DNA from: a candidate division FCPU426 bacterium
GTDB lineage: Bacteria > Oederibacteriota > JAAXVQ01 > JAUVAV01
Assembly: GCA_030637655.1 (NCBI GenBank)
Contig: DAOWGI010000072.1
Span: 1 to 55,216, forward strand
Length of the DNA stretch: 55,216 nt
Direction of reading: 5' to 3'
In this document: piece by piece, positions 47,638-55,216 of the stretch
Layout of the letters: each line of letters opens with the position of its first letter
Position numbering within the stretch: position 1 is the first letter of the stretch
Notes under the pieces: model-generated
Told to the model about the DNA's origin: nothing
The model's database searches: none
Seen by the model: the letters and a program-made list of their open reading frames with translations, nothing else
Position numbers and translations under genes: made by a program

Positions 47638-48498
47638 CTACTTGCCGGCAAACATGGCTGCCACGATTTTTTCATACTCGATTCCAGTATGATAATATAT
47701 TTTTCCCAAATCAACAAGGCTGATCGAAACATACTCTTTGTAATGTTCATCCAACGTATAAAGAAACGAATCTGAACCGGTTCCTGTCCCGCCCATCTTC
47801 GCCACAACATCCGCCAAATGAATCACATACACCAACGGCCGGTCAGCTTCCTGAGCTTTGCCGGGTTTATGATGATAGGCAATCACAGATCGCAAGGTAG
47901 CAGGCAAATTCCAATGCTCGGCCAAAAGTGCACCGACCTCAGCATGATCAGTTCCTATAACATCGCGTTCTGCCGCAACATAATCCTTTTTTTCTCCCGC
48001 TTCCGTTTCGGTAGGCGTCTTTTGGGTATTCCCCGACAAAAAAGAGGATATGGCCGCTTTACCAATATCATGCATGATACCGGCTGTATAGGCAGTCTCA
48101 GTATGTATTTTCTTGTCAGCATACTGAACAATTTCCCTCGCTGCAAGTGCAACGCGAATACCATGCTGACATAAAATACCGCGTTTTTCGGCATATTCTT
48201 CCAACAAATCATCGCAGACTTGTTTGGCACACAATCCCAAACAAAGACCGATAATCATCTTATCTCCAATATGGGATACCGCACACTCCACGGTCTTGAT
48301 TTTCACATTTAAACCCATAGTCTCACTGTTAACAATCCGCAAAATATTCCAGGTCAATTCAGTATCCCCTTCAACAATGCGAACAACATCATACACACTG
48401 TGCTCGGGTTTGCTCATAACCTCCAGCAAATGGAATGTACTCTCGCACAGAGGCTTGATATCCTTGATTTTTTTAAAAATCTCAGTTGGAACACTCAT
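47638..48498 (-). CDS. HDOD-domain protein
   Basis: ILRIVNS, AYTAGIMHDIGK, DHAEVGALLAEHWNLP, IAYHH, IHLAD. Confidence 0.92.
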   Translation of the reverse strand: MSVPTEIFKKIKDIKPLCESTFHLLEVMSKPEHSVYDVVRIVEGDTELTWNILRIVNSETMGLNVKIKTVECAVSHIGDKMIIGLCLGLCAKQVCDDLLEEYAEKRGILCQHGIRVALAAREIVQYADKKIHTETAYTAGIMHDIGKAAISSFLSGNTQKTPTETEAGEKKDYVAAERDVIGTDHAEVGALLAEHWNLPATLRSVIAYHHKPGKAQEADRPLVYVIHLADVVAKMGGTGTGSDSFLYTLDEHYKEYVSISLVDLGKIYYHTGIEYEKIVAAMFAGK

Positions 48499-48728
48499 TT
48501 TGTGTCTCCGTTTTCCAGCCTGCACTCCGCTGGAATAATACCTTCCAATTCATCCACCAACAGATCAATTCCGGATCAACACCACTCTCAATGTCGCTGG
48601 GAGCTTGGACTCTGCTTCATCCAGAAGATCATGCCATGGCATGAGTATAATTCTGCTGCCTCGGCAAAACCTTCCGGCCAATCCGGCTATAAACTTTGCC
48701 GCAATTTGATTCAATTCGCATGGTAAGC

Positions 48729-49196
48729 TTATTTCTCTTTTTGCTGAATCACTATCAGCGTTACAGGATTCCCCCCCCACAATTCACTATTGCTCATACT
48801 CTCCACTTTTCCTCTAAAGTGTATATTGCCTTTAAAGAAAAAAGGTTTGCCAATCTGTAAACCTTTCACTTTTTTTTGCATTTTTATTTTAGTCCGACCG
48901 GCAAGAATATTAATTATTTCTTTTAAGCTATCTGCTTCATCCTCTTCGGACATGGGCTCCATGCCTAATAAACCCTCGGTGATTTTTTGGCTCCCAACGC
49001 GATTAGTAAGCATGCCAATCGTGATTTTGTCCTGACCGGCAATAATTTCTATATACGATCCGCACTGTATTTCTTCGTCTATTATAACTTTTGGCAAGAC
49101 TTTAAAGTCTTTAAAACCCAAGGTGGTTTCCACCAATTCCTTCGCTGATTGAGCTGTTGCGGCCAGCCAATCAATCGTCGAAACCTCCAAACTCAT
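48729..49196 (-). CDS. cheX: CheX-like phosphatase
   Basis: DSLKEIINILAG (ExxN motif), IGKP. Coupled to the upstream cheY fragment by ATGA. Confidence 0.75.
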   Translation of the reverse strand: MSLEVSTIDWLAATAQSAKELVETTLGFKDFKVLPKVIIDEEIQCGSYIEIIAGQDKITIGMLTNRVGSQKITEGLLGMEPMSEEDEADSLKEIINILAGRTKIKMQKKVKGLQIGKPFFFKGNIHFRGKVESMSNSELWGGNPVTLIVIQQKEK

Positions 49197-49342
49197 GCTA
49201 CAATACCAGCCAGGGCATTCTGAAACGTTTTCACAGTAGTAGTAGCTTCCTCAATCGCAAAGTCATCGTAACCTGCTTGGCGTAAAGTCCGTTTTATAAT
49301 CATGCGCATCGCTTTGCTGTCATCAACAATTAGTATTTTCAT
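49193..49342 (-). pseudogene. Internally deleted CheY-like gene (49 aa)
   Basis: MKILIVDDSKAMRMIIKRTLRQAGYDDFAIEEA is joined directly to a C-terminal helix TTTVKTFQNALAGIVA. The central part with the phospho-Asp and KP motif is absent. GGAG RBS. Confidence 0.8.
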
Positions 49343-49668
49343 AGTCTCCCCGCTTTCAATTTATTGCCCCTTTTTTGTAACTACTCAAGTCTGCAAGGAG
49401 CAGGGCGGTTTGGTCTTTTTTCAAGCGTAGCAGCGGTAACTGCGAAGATGTGGTTTAGAAAAACATATCCCCCTATTGCCCGTTACCAGCCTGGACCTTG
49501 GTTTTCCGCTTTGCAATGCTTGAAAAAAGACCAAAGTGACCTGCCAGGCGTGAATATTTGAATACTTTTTTACCCACCTGGGTAGTTATCAAATTATCGT
49601 CATTTTTATGAAATTCTGAAATAGTTCTGATGAATTTACCAAAAAGTTAGATTTCGAACAACCGGACA

Positions 49669-50619
49669 CTAGTCAGTAAACGGGGTGGTTTGAGAAAAAT
49701 CCGGTTGAAGGCAGCCGGCACTTTCCAGAGCTTGAATCCAGCCATTGGTCATTCCCAAGCGATCCATCTCTTGTAAAACCATTTCATACTCTTCCGGTCG
49801 CAAAACGCGTCCCATTTCCGGATCCTGCTTAACAAGTGGTGTAGGCGCATACTGCGACATTAAGGAAATATGTATTTCCGGTGATAATTCCCGGGCAATA
49901 AAACGCAGACATTCCAAGGAATTCTCAATATGTCCCGGCAATACCAAGTGACGGATAATCATGCCTTTTTGCATGTTTCCTTTTTCATCCAACTTGATAC
50001 CCGGACCTTTTTGCGCAAACATTTCTTTAATAGCCGCTCCGGCAATTTCAGGATAATCAGCAGCTCCGGAATACTTGTAAGCCAATTCCGGTTCCGCATA
50101 TTTCAGATCAGGCAAATACACATCAATCAAATTTTCGAGTTCAGCAATCGCGCGTACTTTGTCATAGGCATTGGTATTAAAAACATACGTAGGTTGATGG
50201 CCTCGTTGCTGTAATTCCTTCATTATCCGCTTCATTTGCGGCAATTGGTGAGAAGGCGTTACAAAACCCACAGCAGTGATGCCTTGTGAAAGTATTGCGG
50301 CAATGTTCTCAACAACCTCTTGCCATTGGTCCAAATCCGGTTTTTTAGGTGCTTGCTTGGAGCTGATTTGATAATTTTGACAATAACTGCATTGCATATT
50401 GCAGTGGTTAAAAAAAACATTACAAATTCCCTTTTCACCGCTTATTACCGGTTCCTCGCCTTTATGAATACATATCGAGGCCACATTACATCCCGAATCA
50501 TTGCGGCAATATCCCAGAACTCCCCGCGTTCGATCCACACCACATTCCCGAGGACAGAGTGTGCAATGGGTTAACGCTTTTTGACAAGAATCCATAACAT
50601 TTTCATAATTTCCCAACAC
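49669..50619 (-). CDS. Radical SAM protein (PflX-like)
   Basis: CTLCPRECGVDR, HKGEEPVISG, CNMQCSYC (CxxxCxxC), VYLPDLKY, IIRHLVLPG, SLMSQYAP. Confidence 0.92.
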   Translation of the reverse strand: MLGNYENVMDSCQKALTHCTLCPRECGVDRTRGVLGYCRNDSGCNVASICIHKGEEPVISGEKGICNVFFNHCNMQCSYCQNYQISSKQAPKKPDLDQWQEVVENIAAILSQGITAVGFVTPSHQLPQMKRIMKELQQRGHQPTYVFNTNAYDKVRAIAELENLIDVYLPDLKYAEPELAYKYSGAADYPEIAGAAIKEMFAQKGPGIKLDEKGNMQKGMIIRHLVLPGHIENSLECLRFIARELSPEIHISLMSQYAPTPLVKQDPEMGRVLRPEEYEMVLQEMDRLGMTNGWIQALESAGCLQPDFSQTTPFTD

Positions 50620-50623
50620 TTAT

Positions 50624-51007
50624 TTAACCTTTAATTACTGCCAGCCCAATGAGTTCTTTTACCTTTTCAATCAACACTTCCGGATCAAATGGTTTTACAA
50701 TAAAATCATCGCCGCCAACAGCAAAACCTTTCCGCTCATCACCGGAACTCCCGCGCGCTGTTAAAAAGATTACCTTGATATTCTTGGTTTCCGGTTTATT
50801 CTTTATTTCCGCGCATACTTCATATCCGTCCATACCAGGCATCATAATATCCAATACCAGCAAATATGGTTTCCAATCAACAACTGACTCCATAGCCTCA
50901 AATCCATTGATCGCAGTCCGAGCATCATACCCTTCGTAAGACAGACTCATTTTAACCATCCGGCCAATTGCCGGTTCATCATCAACCACGAGTATTTTTT
51001 TATTCAT
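50624..51007 (-). CDS. Single-domain response regulator receiver
   Basis: ILVVDDE, LDIMMPGMDG, FLTA, KPF. AAGGAG RBS before ATG 51007. Confidence 0.92.
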   Translation of the reverse strand: MNKKILVVDDEPAIGRMVKMSLSYEGYDARTAINGFEAMESVVDWKPYLLVLDIMMPGMDGYEVCAEIKNKPETKNIKVIFLTARGSSGDERKGFAVGGDDFIVKPFDPEVLIEKVKELIGLAVIKG

Positions 51008-51039
51008 GACAAAAAACTCCTTGCTGCTTTTTATGCTGA

Positions 51040-51209
51040 TATATATCCGCACATAAATAAAGGGACATCGGCATTGTTTAAGCCGTCATACCGGCGAAAG
51101 CCGGTATCCAGAAAAGCGTTATAATATATAAACAACAATTCCTGGACCCCGGCTAAAATCATGCCGGGGTGACAGAATTAATGTCCCTTTATTTATGCGC
51201 GGATATATA
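51040..51209. mobile_element. MITE-like element with 29-bp terminal inverted repeats enclosing a CGTC repeat
   Basis: TATATATCCGCACATAAATAAAGGGACAT (51040-51068) versus ATGTCCCTTTATTTATGCGCGGATATATA (51181-51209), 28/29 match. CGTC core at 51084-51173. Confidence 0.7.
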
Positions 51210-51380
51210 GTCAAATAAATCATCCCCGCACTCTTTATCCCTCTCCCCATTTCTTCTCTGTAGTCTCGACCATTTGCATTTTTTTTCAAGTTTTCCAGCC
51301 ATTTTTATATTTCTTTTTACCTGGCACTAAGTATTTAATTAGTGGTATACTAATTAATATCACTATACTAGGAAATTAAC

Positions 51381-53087
51381 ATGAAATCATATTTTTCCTG
51401 TGCCTCACTACTTCTATTGACTCTTTTCCTTCTTTGCCAAAGTGCGCAGGCTGCCTGGTATGACTCAAATTTTACTTACAAGCGTTGTATTCAAATCCAA
51501 GCCGGCCAGGTCAGCGGCAGCAGCCATTCCGACTTCCCCGTGCTTATTACTGAAACCAACATTGATGCTTCATTCTTTACTAAAGTTCAAAAATCAACCA
51601 CCAGTAACATGGATATTATCTTTGTGGACAGTACGGAAACCACTGAATTAGACCGGGAAATTGTGCTTTATGATTCGGGCGATGAACTCCTGGAAGCATG
51701 GGTCCGAATCCCTGCCCTCTCCGGCAGTTCCAATACTATAATGTATATGTACTACGGCAATGCTTCAGCCAATAAACCCAACAGCACTGCCACCTGGTCC
51801 GGCAGTTTCCGCGGTGTCTGGCATATGCAGGAACAACCCGATGGCGCGGACAGTATTTTAGACAGTACCTCAAATGCAAATCATGGTACTGAGATGAATA
51901 TGGAACCCTCAGATCTGCACTCTTCCGGACGAATCCATGGTTGTCTTAATTTTAGCGGCACAAACGAATACATTGACTGCGGCACAGATACCAGTCTTGC
52001 CATAACCGGCCAAGCCACCATATCTGCCTGGATTGATCTGGCAAATGCAAATGAATTTGCCTATCGCACAATCTTGTCTAAAAAAAATACTTGGGACTCT
52101 CCCAAGGGTTATGGACTCGAGGTGTATCCTGGATTGGACTACGTCAACTTGCTTGCAGGAGGCAGCGACTACGCAGGCACGGACAGCGCTAACCATGATA
52201 CCAATTGGCATTATTTCGTCGGAACCATAGACAACACGACCGGACTTATTTACAAAGATGATGTCTCGCTTAGTTTAGCGGATGCCGGGGTCGGAGCCCT
52301 GGGTAGTGATACGCAAGCCCTGCATATTGCCCGGCACAGCGGCGGAGGTGGTTATTTCTATGGACGTCTGGATGAGATCCGCGTGCATAGTGTGGCGCGT
52401 GATTTGAATTGGATTACCACAGAATTCAATAATCAATCCAACCCTGGTTCTTTCTACCTGGTTCAAAGCGAGTCTAATAATTTCACACCCACAGCCACTC
52501 CGTCCGGCACTCCCTCAGCCACGCCGACACCATCTCGAACCGAATCAGCAACCGTGACTATCAGTGCCACCATAACCCCTACGGCAACCATTTCTTTCAC
52601 CCCGACCGTCTCTCCTACACCTACCCATTCCGCCACCTACACCGCAACTCCAACCGTAACCTTTACACCTACTCGTACCATAACTTTCACTGTCTCTCCC
52701 ACCTCAACCATCACGTTAACTTCAACCATTTCCGCCACCATCACTGTGACAGCAACCGCTACTATTTCTCCTACCAGCACCCATTCTCCTACTCCTGATT
52801 ATGCCGCACCGGATCTGTCTAATGTGATATGTTATCCCAATCCCTACCAGGCAGAGACCAAGGCCCGGCCGGAGATCACTTTCTTCAATTTGCCCAGGCG
52901 CGCTACCATTCGTTTGTACAGTATCAGCGGAAGTTTGGTGACTACCCTGGAAAAAGATTCTCCGGGTAACCGGCTTACTTGGAACTTAACCAATGACCAG
53001 GGATCCGCGGTCGCTTCCGGTGTGTATATTTATATTATCAAACGGGAAAACGAGAAAAAACGTGGTAAGGTCGTGTTAATTCGGTAG
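51381..53087 (+). CDS. Secreted DUF2341/LamG-like protein with Thr-Pro linker and FlgD/T9SS-like C-terminal domain
   Basis: Signal peptide AQA|A, DFPVLI...AWVRIP...YMYYGN (DUF2341), TISAWI...WHYFVG...GRLDEIR (LamG), a long T/P tract, and YPNPY...SGVYIYII...GKVVLIR. Confidence 0.85.
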   Translation: MKSYFSCASLLLLTLFLLCQSAQAAWYDSNFTYKRCIQIQAGQVSGSSHSDFPVLITETNIDASFFTKVQKSTTSNMDIIFVDSTETTELDREIVLYDSGDELLEAWVRIPALSGSSNTIMYMYYGNASANKPNSTATWSGSFRGVWHMQEQPDGADSILDSTSNANHGTEMNMEPSDLHSSGRIHGCLNFSGTNEYIDCGTDTSLAITGQATISAWIDLANANEFAYRTILSKKNTWDSPKGYGLEVYPGLDYVNLLAGGSDYAGTDSANHDTNWHYFVGTIDNTTGLIYKDDVSLSLADAGVGALGSDTQALHIARHSGGGGYFYGRLDEIRVHSVARDLNWITTEFNNQSNPGSFYLVQSESNNFTPTATPSGTPSATPTPSRTESATVTISATITPTATISFTPTVSPTPTHSATYTATPTVTFTPTRTITFTVSPTSTITLTSTISATITVTATATISPTSTHSPTPDYAAPDLSNVICYPNPYQAETKARPEITFFNLPRRATIRLYSISGSLVTTLEKDSPGNRLTWNLTNDQGSAVASGVYIYIIKRENEKKRGKVVLIR

Positions 53088-53171
53088 CATCATCATCACT
53101 ATTGTTCCCTGAGCCCTGTCAACGCCTGGAGAGAAACCAAAATCCACCACCTAATTCGGATCCTACCTCGC

Positions 53172-53256
53172 CGTCATCCCGGACTCGATCCGGGATCCAG
53201 AAAAGCCTTTGTTTACAAGAGTCCTGGATCCCAGCTACGACCATGCTGGGATGACG
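53172..53256. repeat. CGTC-type double-hairpin palindromic repeat
   Basis: CGTCATCCCGGA..TCCGGGATCCAG...CTGGATCCCAGC..GCTGGGATGACG. Confidence 0.78.
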
Positions 53257-53377
53257 AGTGGTTGTTTGGCAGTTATATACCTGCTGTAGCGTGATACCGT
53301 TTTTCTGGATTCTCCTTTTTATTAAAGGATATTATTTTTTTGACGGTGGATCCAGGAGAAAATAGTGCCAATCCAAA

Positions 53378-55216
53378 CTACAAAATTTCGCCAAGTTTTT
53401 GATAGAGTTCCATCCGTTTCTTAGTATCTTCTTCACATTCTTTAAAAAGCGCTTCCGCTTCTTCCGGTGCGGTTTTCTTAAGTGAAGAAAATCTCTTTTC
53501 ACCTCTGATGAACTCCTGGAAATCAAGCTTTGGTTCTCTGCTTTCCCAGGTTAATCGTTTACCTTTTTCCGCCATGGGATTGAAACGGAACAAAGGCCAA
53601 TAACCGGATTCCACAGCTCGTTTTTGTTCCAGCTGAGATTTGCTCATATCAATGCCATGAGCAATACACGGACTGTAGGCAATGATGATAGCAGGACCAT
53701 TATAGGCTTCCGCTTCCATAATGGCTTTCTGCGTCTGCATACGATTGGCACCCATTGAAACAGAAGCAACATAAACGTAACCATAACTCATACACATCAG
53801 CGCCAGGTTCTTTTTACCAAAGCGCATACCGGCATTGGCGAATTTCGCGACCGCGCCAATGGGTGTTGCTTTAGAAGCCTGTCCGCCGGTGTTTGAGTAC
53901 ACTTCAGTATCCAGGACAAGAATATTGACATTTTTACCGGACGCCACAACATGATCCAAACCGCCGTAGCCGATGTCATAAGCCCAGCCGTCACCACCTA
54001 TGATCCACACACTCTTATCGACAAAGTAATCTTTCAACTCAGCAATCTTCGCCAGAATAGGCTTTGCTTCCCCGGATGCATCCCGCACCGCCGGTTGCAA
54101 AAGCAAACCTGTCGCTGTTTGAGCCGCTACCGCTTCATCACTTTTGACTTCCCAGAATTCAAGATTTTTCTTGAGCGCCGCTTCCAGATCAGCGTTGGCG
54201 CCTAGAGCAAGTAACTTTTCTACATTGGTTTTAAGCAATGTTCTATTACTATCGACTGCAAGTCTCATTCCAAAGCCATACTCGGCGTTATCTTCAAAAA
54301 GCGAATTACCCCAAGCAGGACCCCTGCCTCTATCATCCTTACAAAAAGGAATGGTTGGAAAGGTTCCACCGTAAATGGATGAACACCCGGTCGCATTGGC
54401 AGCTACCATGTTTTCGCCATATAGCTGAGACACAAGTTTGACATAGGGTGTTTCACCGCAACCGGCGCACGCTCCGGAAAATTCGAACAAGGGTGTTTTG
54501 AACTGCGCGCCCTTGATCTGAGCCGGCGTGGTGCCGTCCAGCACATTATTTGGAAGTTTGTTAAAGAACTCGTAATTGGCTTGCTCGCCTTTTTCTCTTT
54601 CTGTTTCAACAGGACTCATATGCAGCGATTTAACCTTTGATGGGCAGATATCAACACAAACACCGCAGCCCTGGCAATCATCAGTATAAATCTGAATTTT
54701 AAACCGGAGCTCTTTTTCGTTCTTCGTAGTGGACTTAAGCGTTTTAAACATTTCAGGAGCATTTTCCAAATCTACCGGTGCAATCTGTTTCGCTCGAATG
54801 GCGGCATGCGGACAGGCCATGACACATTGGTTGCACTGAATACAATTTTCCGGCAGCCATGCTGCCACTGTTGACGCCACGCCGCGTTTTTCTAAAACAG
54901 CAGTGCCGAGTGGCAGCGTCCCATCAAAAGACATCTTTGATACTGGAATAGCATCACCTTTAAGACGCATAACAGGTTCAATAATATCTTTCGCAAAATT
55001 GCCAGCAGAATCAGAAATCAACTCCGGCGCTTCAAATGATTTGGTAATGGTTGCAGGAATTTCAACTTTTTCCAGCGCTGCTGCCGCTCTATCAACTGAA
55101 GCCCAATTCATTTTGACAACATCATCACCCTTGTTGGCAAAGGTTTTTTTGATCGCTTTTTTAATAAGTTCAATAGCTTCGCCTTCCGGAAGAATACCGG
55201 AAACCTTAAAGAAAGC
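53378..55216 (-). CDS. nifJ: Pyruvate:ferredoxin (flavodoxin) oxidoreductase, C-terminal part (5' end outside window)
   Basis: EKR domain, CIQCNQC...CP and CQGCGVCVDICP ferredoxin motifs, EFSGACAGCGETPY, ANATGCSSIYG, GGDGWAYDIG, EVYSNTGGQ. Confidence 0.97.
   Translation of the reverse strand, partial: AFFKVSGILPEGEAIELIKKAIKKTFANKGDDVVKMNWASVDRAAAALEKVEIPATITKSFEAPELISDSAGNFAKDIIEPVMRLKGDAIPVSKMSFDGTLPLGTAVLEKRGVASTVAAWLPENCIQCNQCVMACPHAAIRAKQIAPVDLENAPEMFKTLKSTTKNEKELRFKIQIYTDDCQGCGVCVDICPSKVKSLHMSPVETEREKGEQANYEFFNKLPNNVLDGTTPAQIKGAQFKTPLFEFSGACAGCGETPYVKLVSQLYGENMVAANATGCSSIYGGTFPTIPFCKDDRGRGPAWGNSLFEDNAEYGFGMRLAVDSNRTLLKTNVEKLLALGANADLEAALKKNLEFWEVKSDEAVAAQTATGLLLQPAVRDASGEAKPILAKIAELKDYFVDKSVWIIGGDGWAYDIGYGGLDHVVASGKNVNILVLDTEVYSNTGGQASKATPIGAVAKFANAGMRFGKKNLALMCMSYGYVYVASVSMGANRMQTQKAIMEAEAYNGPAIIIAYSPCIAHGIDMSKSQLEQKRAVESGYWPLFRFNPMAEKGKRLTWESREPKLDFQEFIRGEKRFSSLKKTAPEEAEALFKECEEDTKKRMELYQKLGEIL

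Noticed and set aside
51322-51340. TGGCAC upstream of the DUF2341 gene as a sigma-54 site
   Set aside because: No GC at the -12 position. An extended -10 (TGGTATACT) nearby explains the promoter better.

Overview
A 55 kb bacterial window of mostly minus-strand genes. The PorV-like barrels, FlgD/T9SS-like C-terminal Ig domains and Thr-Pro linkers suggest a diderm anaerobe, possibly an uncultured lineage such as FCPU426/Goldbacteria (inference). Housekeeping and accessory genes: IS21 left end, YchF-like ATPase, trpD, hipBST, CDF, mgtE, MoeB/ThiF, crcB, two PAS-GGDEF-EAL proteins, a pseudouridine synthase, miaA, a TtpC-type TonB operon, a GT4, a decaying cheY-cheX-HDOD-PilZ cluster, a radical SAM enzyme and the 3' part of PFOR. 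The standout is a co-oriented minus-strand locus at about 21.4-12.5 kb. It runs from a sigma-54 promoter with palindromic enhancer sites to an ECF sigma factor, then two secreted proteins built from a shared ~36-aa Asn/Gly/Ala repeat (13+ and 4 copies), a small secreted protein, a CsgG-like lipoprotein with a peptidoglycan-binding domain, a PorV-like barrel, and a Gly-rich protein with a T9SS-like C-terminal domain. This looks like an undescribed curli/Fap-analogous beta-solenoid (possibly amyloid) fibre system linked to T9SS-like export. A second candidate is a PorV-barrel/coiled-coil/periplasmic-binding-domain fusion encoded with an atypical kinase and an enhancer-binding protein whose GAFTGA motif is altered. 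All family assignments come from motif recognition only; no searches were run.
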